The notes under the pieces: model-generated
The model's database searches: none
Told to the model about the DNA's origin: nothing
The model's input: only the letters and a program-made list of their open reading frames with translations
Program-made: the position numbers and the translations under genes
Shown: one piece after another, positions 25,420-37,977 of the stretch
Numbering within the stretch: position 1 is the stretch's first letter
Layout of the letters: the number at the start of each line of letters is the position of its first letter
DNA from: Pristiophorus japonicus
Lineage: Eukaryota
Length of the DNA: 64,000 nucleotides
NCBI RefSeq assembly: GCF_044704955.1
Contig: NC_091999.1
Span: 61,566,001-61,630,000, forward strand
Reading direction: 5' to 3'

Positions 25420-26385
25420 TGGCAGTTGGTGAAGATGTATGTGGCGCAAACACCCGGCGTCTCCAGTCCGTCCAAGTCGGGCAGCGATTGGCAAGAAAAC
25501 CGGTAAAATCCCGGTAAAGAAAATGCGGCACCAGTTACCGGGTGACAGCGGGCCTACAGAATTGGAAGACTGGTGGGAAACGATTGCCGGCGAGGATCGG
25601 AGGACTGGCAGTAATCGGCGGGTCGCGAGGACCCAGGAAAGAGTCAGCACGGACAACCAGTGAGGTCGGGACCCAGGAACGGTTTAGAACGGGTCAGCAG
25701 CAAGGACAGAATCCAGGGAAGGTAGAACACAGACCAGCAGCAGGATCCGGAGTCCAAATGCTGCAGCGAGGTCGGGAAGCCAAGGCCAGCAGTAAGCTCG
25801 GGACCCAGGGAAGGTACAGCATGGACCCGCAGCAGGGCCTGGAGGCAGAGCGCAGCAGCGAGGTCGGTAAACCAAGGCCGGCAGTAAGCTCGGGACCCAG
25901 GGAAGGTACAGCACGAACCAACAGTGAGGTGGGAGGCTGAGACCCACAGCGAGGTCAGGACACGAGGAAGTACAGAGCAGCACAGAACAACAGGGTGGTC
26001 GGGATCCAAGGAAGGTACAGCACTGTCCAACAAGGAGGTCAGAACGCAAGGAAGATACAGAAAAGACCATCAGGGAGTTTGGCACAGGAGGCTAGCAGCA
26101 TGGCCCGGATCCGAGGCCAGTACCGAGGTCGAAACACGAGGCCAGAATAAACGTTGTCACTAGAAAACAACCAACGACAAAAGTGTGTGCGGTTGGAGAG
26201 AGAATATGAAAGTGCAGGAGAGCCGCGTGCTGGTGCTGGTGCGGGGCTGGCGCGGGGGGTGGGGGAGGCACAATGTTAATATTCTATGCACAATTCTGCA
26301 AACCGCTCCAAGATTAAGGTGCTCACCTACACTGTGATCTCTGAAAACATTTTAGAGAGGACTTGAGGGAGCAGGTCAGTAGGAA
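25420..26385 (+). repeat. GC-rich unclassified element with internal tandem repeats (copy 1)
   Basis: Units of gggacccagggaaggtacagcacggacc...gaggtc; paralog at 33030-33915. Confidence 0.8.
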
Positions 26386-27370
26386 CATAGAAACATAGAA
26401 ACATAGAAAATAGGTGCAGGAATAGGCCATTCGGCCCTTCGAGCCTGCACCACCATTCAATAAGGTCATGCCTGATCATTCACCTCAGTACCCCTTTCCT
26501 GCCTTCTCTCCATACCCCTTGATCCCTTTAGTCGTAAGGTCCATAATCAACTCCCGCTTGAATATATCGAACGAACTGGCCTCAACAACTCTCTGCAGAA
26601 AAGAATTCCACAGGTTAACAACTCTCTGAGTGAAGAAGTTCCTCCTCATCTTGGTCCTAAATGGCTTACACTTTATCATTAGACTGTGACCCCTGGTTCT
26701 GGATTCCCCCAACATCGTGAACATTCTGCTTGCATCTAACCTGTCCAGTCCTGTCAGAATTTTATATGTTTCTATGAGATCCCCTATCATTCTTCTAGAC
26801 TCCAGCGAATAGACGCCTATTCGATCCAGTCTCTCCGCATATGTCAGTCCTGCCATCCCGGGCATCAGTCTGGTGAACCTTCGCTGCACTCCCTCAATAG
26901 CAAGAACGTCCTTACTCAGATTAGGAGACCAAAAGTGAACACAATATTCCAGGTGACGCCTCACCAAGGCCCTGTCGAGCTGCCGCAAGACCTCCCTGCT
27001 CCCATACTCAAATCTTCTAGCCAGGAACGCCAACATGCCATTTGCCTTCTTCACCGCTTGCTGCACCTGCATTTCAACCTTCAATGACTGATGTACCATG
27101 ACACCCAGGTCTCGTTGCACATCCCCTTTACCTAATCTGCCAACATTCAGATAATAATCTGCCTTCATGTTTTTACCACCAAATTGGATAACCGCACATT
27201 TATCCACATTATACTGCATCTTTAATGCAGTTGCCCACTCAACTAACTTGTCTAATTAACCCTGCAGCCTCTTAGCATCCTCCTCACAGCTCAAACTGCC
27301 ACCCAGCTTAGTGTCATCTGCAAACTTGGAGATATTACTCTCAATTCCTGTATCCATACCATTGATGAAT
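26384..27370 (-). mobile_element. CR1 3' fragment
   Basis: ORF 26485-27219 is an RT C-terminus; (catagaaa)n tail. Confidence 0.95.
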
Positions 27371-29336
27371 TATTTCTGCATATCTCTGATATTAATTCTC
27401 CCTCAGCTTTCCAACTCCATTTAAACTGAGAACTACACTTGTTTCTTGGTCACTATATAAAATGCTAGGTGATTTCGACTAGTAATCATCGAAAGCAAAA
27501 TAATGCTTGTATCAGACAGTAAAATATAGCCTAATTTACAATTCTGGTGTATTCATGTCCCACAAATCCAGAGTCCAATTAAAAGGACTTCAAAAACCCA
27601 ATTTCCGGTATTATACGGCAGACGCACTGGCAGCATGCTTCAAGAGTGAAAAACAATCTCTGGGTCCTGGTTGATAGTGGCTTCTGATTTTTGTTTTACA
27701 TCATTCCAATTGCTCCACCTCATCCTACCTCACAGTACTCCTCAGTTGTTGATGTGGAAAGAAACTACCTGGGTCGTGGGCAGGCTATGATGTGAGAAAC
27801 GTTATTACAAGCATGCAGGGGAGAGAATATTAGCAAAGGCTCTCTCCGATAACCAATTGCATCAGGTTTTATAAATGATTGTGCGGAAGCGTAAGCTTGA
27901 CAATTTACAATGATAAAAAACATCCATATATGTCTGTGACTAGCAGCTGTTCAACCGTTGGCTCTGCCCATGTGACTGGTTAATGTATACACCCATTTCT
28001 CTTCCAAAGCGATCAGAGTCTCGCACGTAGGATTTGGAAGATGCTTTCCGTTATCTCAAATGTTTCAGTATCAAGACATTTACATCTCACGTTCGGTGGT
28101 TCTAAACCACCATATCTGAAGTCTCAAGTTGAAATTTCTGTCCTTTGTTCAAACTGCTAAGCCTGCAGTTTTAACATGTTCAGCTTACAAATGGCCAAAC
28201 GAAACGTCATGCCTTACGATGACAATAGCTTGTTACTAACATAGCTACAGCATCCATTGAAATGTCATTCTGACTTGCACGTGATGGAATAATCACAGGT
28301 TCTCAACATATCAGCACATTAAGAAATGCTACTTATTCCTATTAGCGCCTTAAGGCAGCTCCAGACACTCCAGGTCGCCACATCAGCTTTTTCTCAACAT
28401 GTATATAATACATTACAATCAACGTAAGTTACATTTATTCTGAAACTCCACCATTTATTTTGAATTTGCATCAATTATCATACTGATCAAAAAAATTAAC
28501 ATTGAATTTGTAAAATTTACGCCACAATTTAAGCAAGTGGTACATTGTATAGTCAGCAAACTCTACAACGTTGGACAGCTGCTGTGAAGCTGATGGACTG
28601 ATGGTCGTTGCAGGTTCTTTCAAGTCCTCCATTTCAGATCTTGCATTTTGCCCATAGCCTACAGTGTACTGCCCTGCTTTGGTTTCAAAGGGACAAGAGA
28701 ATATTCCAGAACAAGTCCCATTTGTGAATCCCTCTCCATTCCCCTGCCCAGTGTCCAGTACGGCAAGTTGGTGATTGTTTCGCAGAAATAATGAGCATCA
28801 TAACAGTGGGAATATCTCCAACACGGTTTAGACATATATAGAGTTACATAAATATAATGGCCAGGAATTTCCATGGCATTTAATGCATACATGGTGCCAA
28901 TGGGGCCATAAGTGCCACGCAAGTTCCAGCTTTCTGGGAGTGATGTGCATGCATGAAAACACAGAAATTGCAATCTGTCAAGATTTTGCTTGACAGATCG
29001 GCCGCATCCCTGGGAAATGGACATTTGATGGTGGAGATTTTGGCTATTTGCCTAGCGAATGCCCATGAAAATCTTGCACCTGTTAAAAGGAGGCAGAGTG
29101 TTTTATTTTACCAGTGTAAGATTGCAGTTATTATTAAAATATATTTTAATCATTTAAACATAATAAAACCTTTAAAAGTTATTATGTTAACTTAACTTCT
29201 TGAAAACGTTTACATTTATTTTTCAAAAAGTTTAATATTTGTTTAAAATGTTTACTTTAATTGTATTTTAATTCATTTTGATGTATTGCTTGATTTATAA
29301 TTAACAGGTGTGTAGTTCTGTTATTAGGGGCTTCCT

Positions 29337-32300
29337 ATTATCTTCTCTTAGGCAGACCCCCGAGTTGAGGATGACTTGCTTCCAAACTAATATCGGTTCT
29401 AAGGTGACTGCTGAGAACAATGCTGGATTTAGAGTCTCTCTCACAGGTGGGGCAGAGGGTTTTTGGAGGGACTGGTGGATGGGGTGCTTGATTTGTCGTT
29501 CACTCCTTCCGCTCTTTATACTTGGCTTCTACTTGATCACGGCGGAGAAACTTGAAGTCCTTGGTGCCTTGTCGGATTCTTCTGATCCACTTGGGCCAGG
29601 GATTCCCAAGGGTCAGTGGGGATGCTAATTTTTATCAAGGAGGCTTTGATGGTGTCGTTGAAGCGTTTTCTCTGCCCTCCTCGACCTCGCTGCTGTGACA
29701 TAGCTCAGAGAAGAATGCTTGTTTCGGAACTCTAGTATCGGACATGTGGACCATGTGGCCCGTCTATCGGAACTGATCGAGCATATTAAATGCCATGATA
29801 CAAGAGAATTTGGCCTGAGAGAGACCCCTAATGTTGTTGCGCTTATCCTGCCAATAAGTTCGCATGATCTCGCGGAGGAAGCATTGGTGCTACTTCTCCA
29901 GTGCTTTGAGGTGCCTACTGTATATAGTCCATGTCTCTGAAGCATAGAAGAGGGCGGATACCACGACTGCACTTTACTCCATTTGCTTGTTGTTGGGATT
30001 GAGATCTTGGTGTTTGCACACTCTTTTCCTCAGACGACCAAAGGCTCCACTGGCACATTGAATAATGTGATGGACTTAGTCATCGATGTCTGTCCTTGCT
30101 GAAAGTAGGCTTACAAGTTATGGGAAGTGGTCCCGATTGTCAAAGATCCCGACATGGATCTTGATAATCGAGAAGTAGTACTGTGCAGCGGGGTCGGGTT
30201 GCTGGAGAACGTTTGTCGTACTGATGCTTAATGAAAGGCCCACACTCTCGTATGCTCCAGTGAAAGTGTCAATGAAGGTTTGGTGTATGGGCTCCGAATG
30301 TGCACAAAAGCAAGCAACGTCTGAATACTGTAATTCAATGAAAGAGCCTGGACCTACCTTGGATCTGTACTGGAGGCGTCACAGGTTGAACAATTTCCTG
30401 CTTGTCCATTAAATTAACTACACACCAGTGGGGAGATTTTTAAAGATGATGTGAAGCATTGCAGCGAGGAAGATTGAGAAGAGCGTCCTTGTGATGACAC
30501 AGCCTTGCTTAACCTCCTTCTGCACTTATATTGTGTTTGTAGTAGATCCGTTGGTGACAAATTTCAGAGGAGATCAAAATTTGAGAATGACTGATATGGA
30601 GTATTAAAAAAGATACTCGACACAAGTTTGTCTATGAATACATACAAAATCATAAAGTTCCATGTAGAGGCTTTCCATTTGTTGTTTTCCTGCTGCATCA
30701 CAAAATTTTCGCCTACCTACTACGATTACAAATATTAATTGGTTAATGCAATTGCTTTGAAAGTAAGCTTCGTTACGTCCTTGTGCACTTTTTATCTGAT
30801 AAGTTAAGTGTCACATCAATCTTTGCTCTTCTCCTCTTTGCCTAACTGCTTTGAATCAGGTGAGATATTCTTCAATCATCTTTTGTTTCCCGTAATCTCT
30901 TACTACCCCATGTAACCTAGCCTTGGAATGTATTTTTCCAAACTGTCTGGTTTATACTGTGATAAGTTGATCTATCTTCCTGAGCGTTCTAGTTCTATCA
31001 TTTTCCCTATGTTCGTAGCACGTATTTTTTTCTCTTACAAACTTGCTTTTAATTTTTAGCTTTACTTAATTAGGTCCCCTTATTAACCAATTAGGTTCCC
31101 ACTACATATTTGTTTTCAACAATGACACTCCATAATCCCTCATGGTTGACGGATTCGGAGACCTTTGTGAGAGCAAAGTAAGCGATGTACAGAGATTGAA
31201 GTAGCTCTATACATTTTTCGTGGAATTGTCACACGGTGAATGTCATGCCCATTGTGCCCCTTAGTTTGTGGAATCCGCATTTCGACTGTGGGAGGAGCTC
31301 TTCAGTCATTGGGAGGAGATAATTGAGGATGACTTGTGCGATAATATTCCCTGCGGATTTCTGTAATTACTGCAATCGGACTTGTCACCTTTCTTGAAGA
31401 TGGGCACGATTACGGCATCTTTGAGAGGCCCTGGTATGCTCTCCTCCTTCCAGTTAAGGGATATGAGGACATGAATTCGCGCCAAGTGTATTACTCCACC
31501 ATATGTTAGTGCTTCGGCGGGGATTCCTGAGGCCTTGTTGTTCTTTAGTTGTCAGATAGCCTTTTCACTCTCGTGCTGGGTCAGGATTTTACCGATGTGG
31601 TGACGGGTTATATGTTGTGGGATGGTTCAAGGACACTCACATCAAAGACAGAGGCTTGGTTGAGGATTTCCACAAAGTGCTCCTTCATGTGGCTAATGAC
31701 TGCCTCTCTGTCCATAAAGAGCACTCCTCCATTCTCGATTCTCTGCAGAATCGGACAGTGTGCTTGGCCCGTAGGTGATCTTGATTGTGCTAAAAAAAAA
31801 TCCACGCACGTCATGATTGTCAGCTAATTGCTGGATCTCCTGCGCGTTTTCCACCCACCATCTGTTCTTATGTCACGAGTTTTTTGTTGTACATCAGCCT
31901 TTAGTTGTCTCGAGAACTGCTTGCTTTCACTCGAGTTGTGGTGTTGTTTCCAATTCAGAAATGATTTGCGTTTGCGGTTTATTAGCTCCTGGATCTCTTG
32001 GTCATTCGCATCGAACCAGTTTTGATATTTTCTGGTATTGTAGCCAAGTGTTTATTCGCAGATGCTAATTTTAGTGGATTTAGGGCAGAACAGGCACGAT
32101 GGACACTCTGCGGCTTTGGTTGATTGGAAGTCGTTAGGTAGGCTGTGAGCAGTTGGCTGATTAGGACTTTCTTTGCAGGGTCTTTGAGACCTTCAATGTT
32201 GATTTTTTACGGCAGGATTTATGTTGCCCCTGCTGTTTTGAGGCTATATTGATGGAGATAATAGAACGGATTAGGCGGTGGTCAATGCAGCAGTCAGCAG

Positions 32301-33020
32301 CTCCTGTCATGTCATGAGTGATGCGGACATCCTTGTGGTCCCTCAATCGGATGCCAGTGCCTGGAACGAGGGTGTTGCGATGTGCCCTTGTAGTAGTCAT
32401 TCTGACGAATCAAGGTGTTGGATATGACAAGACCATGTTATAAGCAATTCCTCAGGAGGAGGATCCCATTGGAGTTGGTTTTCCCTACTCCTTCCCTGGC
32501 AATCACCCCTCTCATGAGGTCTGTGTCCTTTGCAACTCTGCCGTTAAAGTCATCAAGAATAATCAGCGTGTTGCCTATTGGGAGTCGGGACAGGGATTGT
32601 TCCAGGATGGAGTAGAATTCCTCTTTGTCCGTGTCCGTAGTTTCCAGGGTTGGTGCGTATGCCCCATTGAGACGGTGTTATTCTTCTGGTGTGCCGTTTG
32701 AGAATGTGTATCAACCACCTAGTTCCTTGAGCTGACCTTGTCCTGCCCACATTGTATCACTCAGGGCAGTGTTGTCGATGTCGAAGCATCTCAGTTCCCG
32801 GACAATGGCAGCAGTATGACGTTCTGGTCTGTTAATGTTGGGATTGTCCATGAGGGTCCTAAAGTTTTCAGGTCCTGAACTTCATTTTAAAGGTTAGAAT
32901 ATACCCCTGCATGAATTATATTACTGAGGTGTGTCCCTTGCACACGAGCTACCACCGAACCTGACAGACTAAGTCTTGGTCCAATGGCAAGGGGATGCAA
33001 GATGATTGGAGACGAGACTC
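29337..33020 (-). mobile_element. Degenerate RTE-clade LINE, interrupted at about 30560-31240
   Basis: 3' end tggaagcaagtcatcctc; residual endonuclease (GAADCCIDHRLIRSII) and RT (VKQGCVITRTLFSIFLAAML) motifs. Confidence 0.82.
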
Positions 33021-33029
33021 TGCTGCATG

Positions 33030-33915
33030 GGTGTCAAGGTGTGTGTGGCGCAAACACCGGGTGTCTCCAATCCATCCAAGTCGGGCAGCGATTGGCAAGA
33101 AAACGGGTAAAACCCCTGTAAAAATACGTGGCACCAGTTGCTGGGTGACGGCGGGAATGAAGAATCGGAGGACCGGTGGGAATCGATTGCCGGCGAGGAT
33201 CGGAGGACCCATGAACGGTTTAGCAGGGGTCAGCAGCGAGTACGGAACCCAGGGAAGGTACAGCACAGACGAGCAGCTAGCTCCGGAGACCGAGTGCAGG
33301 AGCGAGGTTGGGATGCCAAGCCCAGCAGTAAGGACGGGACCCTGGGAAGAAACAGCACGGACCAGCTGCAGGGTCGTGAGGCACAGCGTAGAAGCGAGGT
33401 CGGGAAGCCAAGACAGGCAATAAAGTTGGCATCCAGGGAAGGTTCATCACAAATCAGCAGTGAGGTCGGAGGCTGAGGCCAACAGCAATATCGGTACTCG
33501 AGGAAAGTAAGGTACGGAACAACAGGGTGATCGGGACCCAGGGAAGGTACAGCACGGTCCAACAGGTAGGTTGTGACCAGGAAAGGTACAGCACGGACCA
33601 ACGAGGAGATCGGGACCCAGGGAAGATGCAGAAAATACCGTCACAGGTGGCTAGCAGCGAAGTCGAGACACGAGGCCAGAAAATACGTGGTCAGTAGAAA
33701 ATAACCAACGACAAAAGTGTGAGCTGTTGGAGAGAGAATCGGAAAGCGCAGGAGAGTCACGTGCTGGAAGTGGTGCAGGGGTGGGGGGCGGGGGGCGGGG
33801 CACTGTGTCAGTATACTATGCAGAAGTCCGCAAACTGCTCCACGATTAAGATGCTCACCTACAATGTGATCTCTGAAAACCAGGTAGAGAGGAACTGATA
33901 GAGCAGGTCAGTAGG
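33030..33915 (+). repeat. GC-rich unclassified element with internal tandem repeats (copy 2)
   Basis: Colinear with 25420-26385, including the downstream junction to a minus-strand CR1 tail. Confidence 0.8.
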
Positions 33916-36890
33916 AACATCGAAGCATAGAAACATAGAAAATAGCTGCAGGAGTAGGCCATTCGGACTTTCGAGCCTGCACCACCATTAAATAAGATCA
34001 TGGCTGAACATTAATGATTTAGACGAGGGGATTAAATGCAGTATCTCCCAATTTGCGGATGACACAAAGTTGGGTGGCAGTGTGAGCTGCGAGGAGGATG
34101 CTATTAGGCTGCAGATTGACTTGGATAGGTTAGGTGAGTGGGCAAATGCATGGCAGATGAAGTATAATGTGGATAAATGTGAGGTTATCCACTTTGGTGG
34201 TAAAAACAAAGAGACAGACTATTATCTGAATGGTGACAGATTAGGAAAATAGAAGGTGCAACGAGACCTGGGTGTCATGGTACATCAGTCATTGAAGGTT
34301 AACATGCAGGTACAGCAGGCGGTTAAGAAAGCAAATGGCATGCTGGCCTTCATAGCGAGGGGATTTGAATACAGGGGCAGGGAGGTGTTGCTACAGTTGT
34401 ACAGGGCCTCGGTGAGGCCGCACCTGGAGTATTGTGTACAGTTTTGGTCTCCTAACTTGAGGAAGGACATTCGTGCTATTGAGGGAGTGCAGCGAAGATT
34501 CACCAGACTGATTCCCGGGATGGCGGGACTGACCTATCAAGAAAGACTGGATCAACTGGGCTTGTATTCACTGGAGTTCAAAAGAATGAGAGGGGACCTC
34601 ATAGAAACGTTTAAAATTCTGACGGGTTTAGACAGGTTAGATGCAGGAAGAATGTTCCCAATGTTGGGGAAGTCCAGAACCAGGGGTCACAGTCTGAGTA
34701 TAAGGGGTAAGCCATTTAGGACCGAGATGAGGAGAAACTTCTTCACCCAGAGAGTGGTGAACCTGTGGAATTCTCTACCACAGAAAATAGTTGAGGCCAA
34801 TTCACTAAATATATTCAAAAGGGAATTAAATGAAGTCCTTACTACTCGGGGTATCAAGGGTTATGGCGAGAAAGCAGGAAGGGGGTACTGAAGTTTCATG
34901 TTCAGCCATGAACTCATTGAATGGCGGTGCAGGCTAGAAGGGCTGAATGGCCTGCTCCTGCACCTATTTTCTATGTTTCTATGTTTCTATGTTCACCTCA
35001 ATACCCATTTCCTGCCTTCTCTCCATACCCCTTGCTCCCTTTAGCCATAAGGTCCATATTCAACTCCCACCTGAATATATCTAACGAACTGGCATCAACA
35101 ACTCTCTGCGGAAAAGAATTCCACAGGAGAGCAACTCTCTGAGTGAAGTAGTTTCTCCTCATCTCGGTCCTAAATGGCTTACCCCTCAACCTTAGTCTCT
35201 GACCTCTAGTTCTGAACTCCCCCAACATCGTGCACATTCTTCCGGCATTTAACCTGTCCAGACCCGTCAGAATTGTGTATGTTTGTAGGAGATCCCCTCT
35301 CATTCTTCTAAACTCCAGCGAATAGACGCCCAGTCGATCCAGTCTCTCCTCAGATGTCAGTCCTGCCATCCCGGGCATCAGTCTGGTGAACCTGCGCTGC
35401 ACTACCTCAATAGCAAGAACTTCCTTCCTCAGATTAGGAGATCAAAATTGAACACAATATTCCAAGAGAGGCGTCACCAAGGCCCTGTAGAGCTGCAGGA
35501 AGACTTCCCTGCTCCTATACTCAAAACCCCTAGCTGTGAACGCCCAAATGCCATTTGCCTTCTTCACCACTTGCTGCACCTGCATTTCAAGCTTCAATGA
35601 CTTATGTACCATGACACGCAGGTCTTGTTGCACCTCTCCTTTACATAATCTGCCACCATTCAGATAATATTCTGGCTTCACGTTTTTGCCACCAAATTGG
35701 ATAACCACACATTTATCCACATTATACTGCATCTGTGATGCATTTGCTTACTCACCTAACCTGTCCGAGTCATCCTGCAGTCTCTTAGCATCCTCCTCAC
35801 AGGTCACACCACCACCCAGCTAAGTGTCATCTGCAAGCTTGGAGATATTACTCTCAATTCCTGCATCTAAATCATTGATGTATATTGTAAATATCTGGGA
35901 TCCCAGCACTGACCCCTGTGGCACCCCATTAGTCACTGCCTGCAATTCTGAAAAGGACACGTTTAACCCGACTCTCTGCTTCCTGTCTGCTAACCATTTC
36001 TCTATCCACGTCAATACATTGCCCCCATTACCATGTGCTTTACTTTGCACACCAATCTCTTGTGTGGTACCTTGTCACAAGCCTTTTGAAAGTCCAAATA
36101 CATCACATCCACTGGTTCTCCCTTGTCCACTCCACTAGTTGAGTCCTCAAAAATTCTAAAAGATTCTTCAAGCATGATTTCCCTTTCCTAAATCCATGCT
36201 GACTTGGAGCGCTCCTTTCACTGATTTCCAAATGCCGCTAATTCATCTTTAACAATTGATTCCACCATTTCCCCCAGTACTTATGTCAGGCTAATTGGTC
36301 TATAATTTCCCCTTTTCTCTCTCCCTCCTTTTTTAAACAGTGGTGTTACATTAACTACCCTCCAGTCCATAGGAACTAATCCAGAGTCGATAGACTGTTG
36401 GAAAATTATCATCGACGCATCCATTATTTCTAGGGTCACTTCCGTAAGTACTCATGGGATGCAGACTATCAGGCCCTGGGAATTTATCGGCCTTCAATTC
36501 CGTCAATTTCCCTTACACAATTTCCTGTCCAATAAGAATTTCCTTCAGTTCCTCCTTCTCGATAGACCATCGAGAAGGAGGAACTAGTATTTCTGAAACG
36601 TTATTTGTGTCTTCCTCAGTGAAGACAGAACAAAAGTATTTGTTCAATTTGTCTGCCATTTCTTTGTTTCCCATTATAAATTCACTTGATTCTGATTGAA
36701 AGAGGCCTACGTTTGTCTTCACTAAACTTTTCCTCTTTTCATATCTATAGAAGCTTTTGCAGTCAGTGTTTATGTTCCCAGAAAGCTTCCTCTCATAATC
36801 TATATTCCACGGTCCGAAATTGATCCTTAGTCCTCCTCTGCTGAATTTTAAATTTCTCCCAGTCCTCAGGTTTGCTGCTTTTTCTGGCCA
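33915..36890 (-). mobile_element. CR1 fragment whose 3' tail is split by a younger CR1
   Basis: The tail tggctgaaca|ttcacctcaatacc is separated by the 34008-34991 insert; RT motifs GVPQGSVLG and LADDT. Confidence 0.92.
34008..34991 (+). mobile_element. Young 5'-truncated CR1
   Basis: ORFs 34070-34891 encode the RT C-terminus; (ttctatgt)n tail. Confidence 0.95.
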
Positions 36891-37415
36891 TGTCCAACAG
36901 GCACATTCCTATTTATGCTTTTGTTGATTCCAAAAGTTAGTGGAATCTCCATGAACATAACTGGGATTCACCTTTTGTTTGGTCGGCCTGGCCCAAATGG
37001 TCCCAGGGTCACATGCTAAACGCGTGCACCCCTGGGATATGTGGACGTTTATGCCTGCCTACCTGTAGAGGCCCAGGAGCACCAGTGTTCGAACTTCCGT
37101 GACCATCAGTTAGGTTCGTATTTTCTTGTCAGAAAACAAATTTATGAGTACGTAACATTGATAGATAAATGTAATCATTCGTTCTTGATGGACACATAAG
37201 CTAAGTTTGGAATGATTTCACTTCAGGCAAGTTCAATCTGCTATAATTTGTAGCCTATTTGCTCAGTCGCAACAACTGGACAAACACTGTTGCTCCTGAT
37301 GTCCGTGTCTTCAGCACATTCTCTCCGTACTTAATGTGGAAAAGCAGATGGTGAGTTCTTACACTCTAACTCAGACCCTGCTGATGTGAGCGTGTGGGTT
37401 ACTGTTTCGAGCATG

Positions 37416-37977
37416 TTACACAGTGCAGCAGCGCGATCGCCATTCAAAGCTCTGCGACCTGAAAATGTACAGCAAGGGATTGAGGAAGGCAATGAATGAA
37501 GGGAGGGTCCAGTTGTAAAATTTACTATTGCCCCTGTAAAAAAACTGGGAATGGATTCGCTGGATCTAGCAAATCCTTAATCTCAAAATACAATCAAAAT
37601 ACAGTTCAGGGATGTGATAAGGGTCAAAGCAGAAAAGAAGCACCAAAATTACACGAATGTACTTCAGCACTTTCTTCTTCATCAGCTCTATAGATTCCTT
37701 CTCAGCTCCCACTTCTATCATTACTTTTGCGGTTAGGGTATAGCAGATCAACAACATCAGGATCGGAAATAATTTAATTTAAAAAAATTCCATGAAAATT
37801 TGCCACGATAATTGCATATATTTGCATGAAACCTTATCTGCTAATTCTCATTACGAAAAGGCTATCAGGCTCAGGGCCAACACTGCCACCCAAATTGCAT
37901 AGACTAGAATGAGGTAGCATCAAGGCCTTCACCAGACATGAGACCTAATGTGGTGGACAAAAAAATATATTGGTCAA
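37416..37977 (-). pseudogene. Class A P2Y-type GPCR pseudogene, C-terminal half (end of TM3 to TM7)
   Basis: DQYIF..VHHIRSHVW*RP*CYLILVYAIWVAVLALSL; PILMLLICY; LLFCFDPYHI; AFLNPLLYIFRSQSFEWRSRCCTV*; stops and frameshifts. Confidence 0.88.

Larger units (their letters stand above)
25160..27635 (+). repeat. ~255-bp direct repeat pair (25160-25415 and 27371-27633)
   Basis: tatttctgca...tatataaaatg...gacgcactggcag occurs twice. Confidence 0.88.

Noticed and set aside
27690-27800. Minus-strand YCEVG*GGAIG resembling the end of Cmu1 (YCEVRRGES)
   Set aside because: Similarity is confined to a few codons; no N-terminal half or splice sites are recognisable. A tBLASTn with Cmu1 would settle it.
27900-28870. 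Faint plus-strand retroelement-like motifs (DLEDAF, TDQK, ILHFAH) and minus-strand ORF 28659-29024
   Set aside because: Too degenerate to support; possibly an ancient Gypsy remnant, with no coherent frame.
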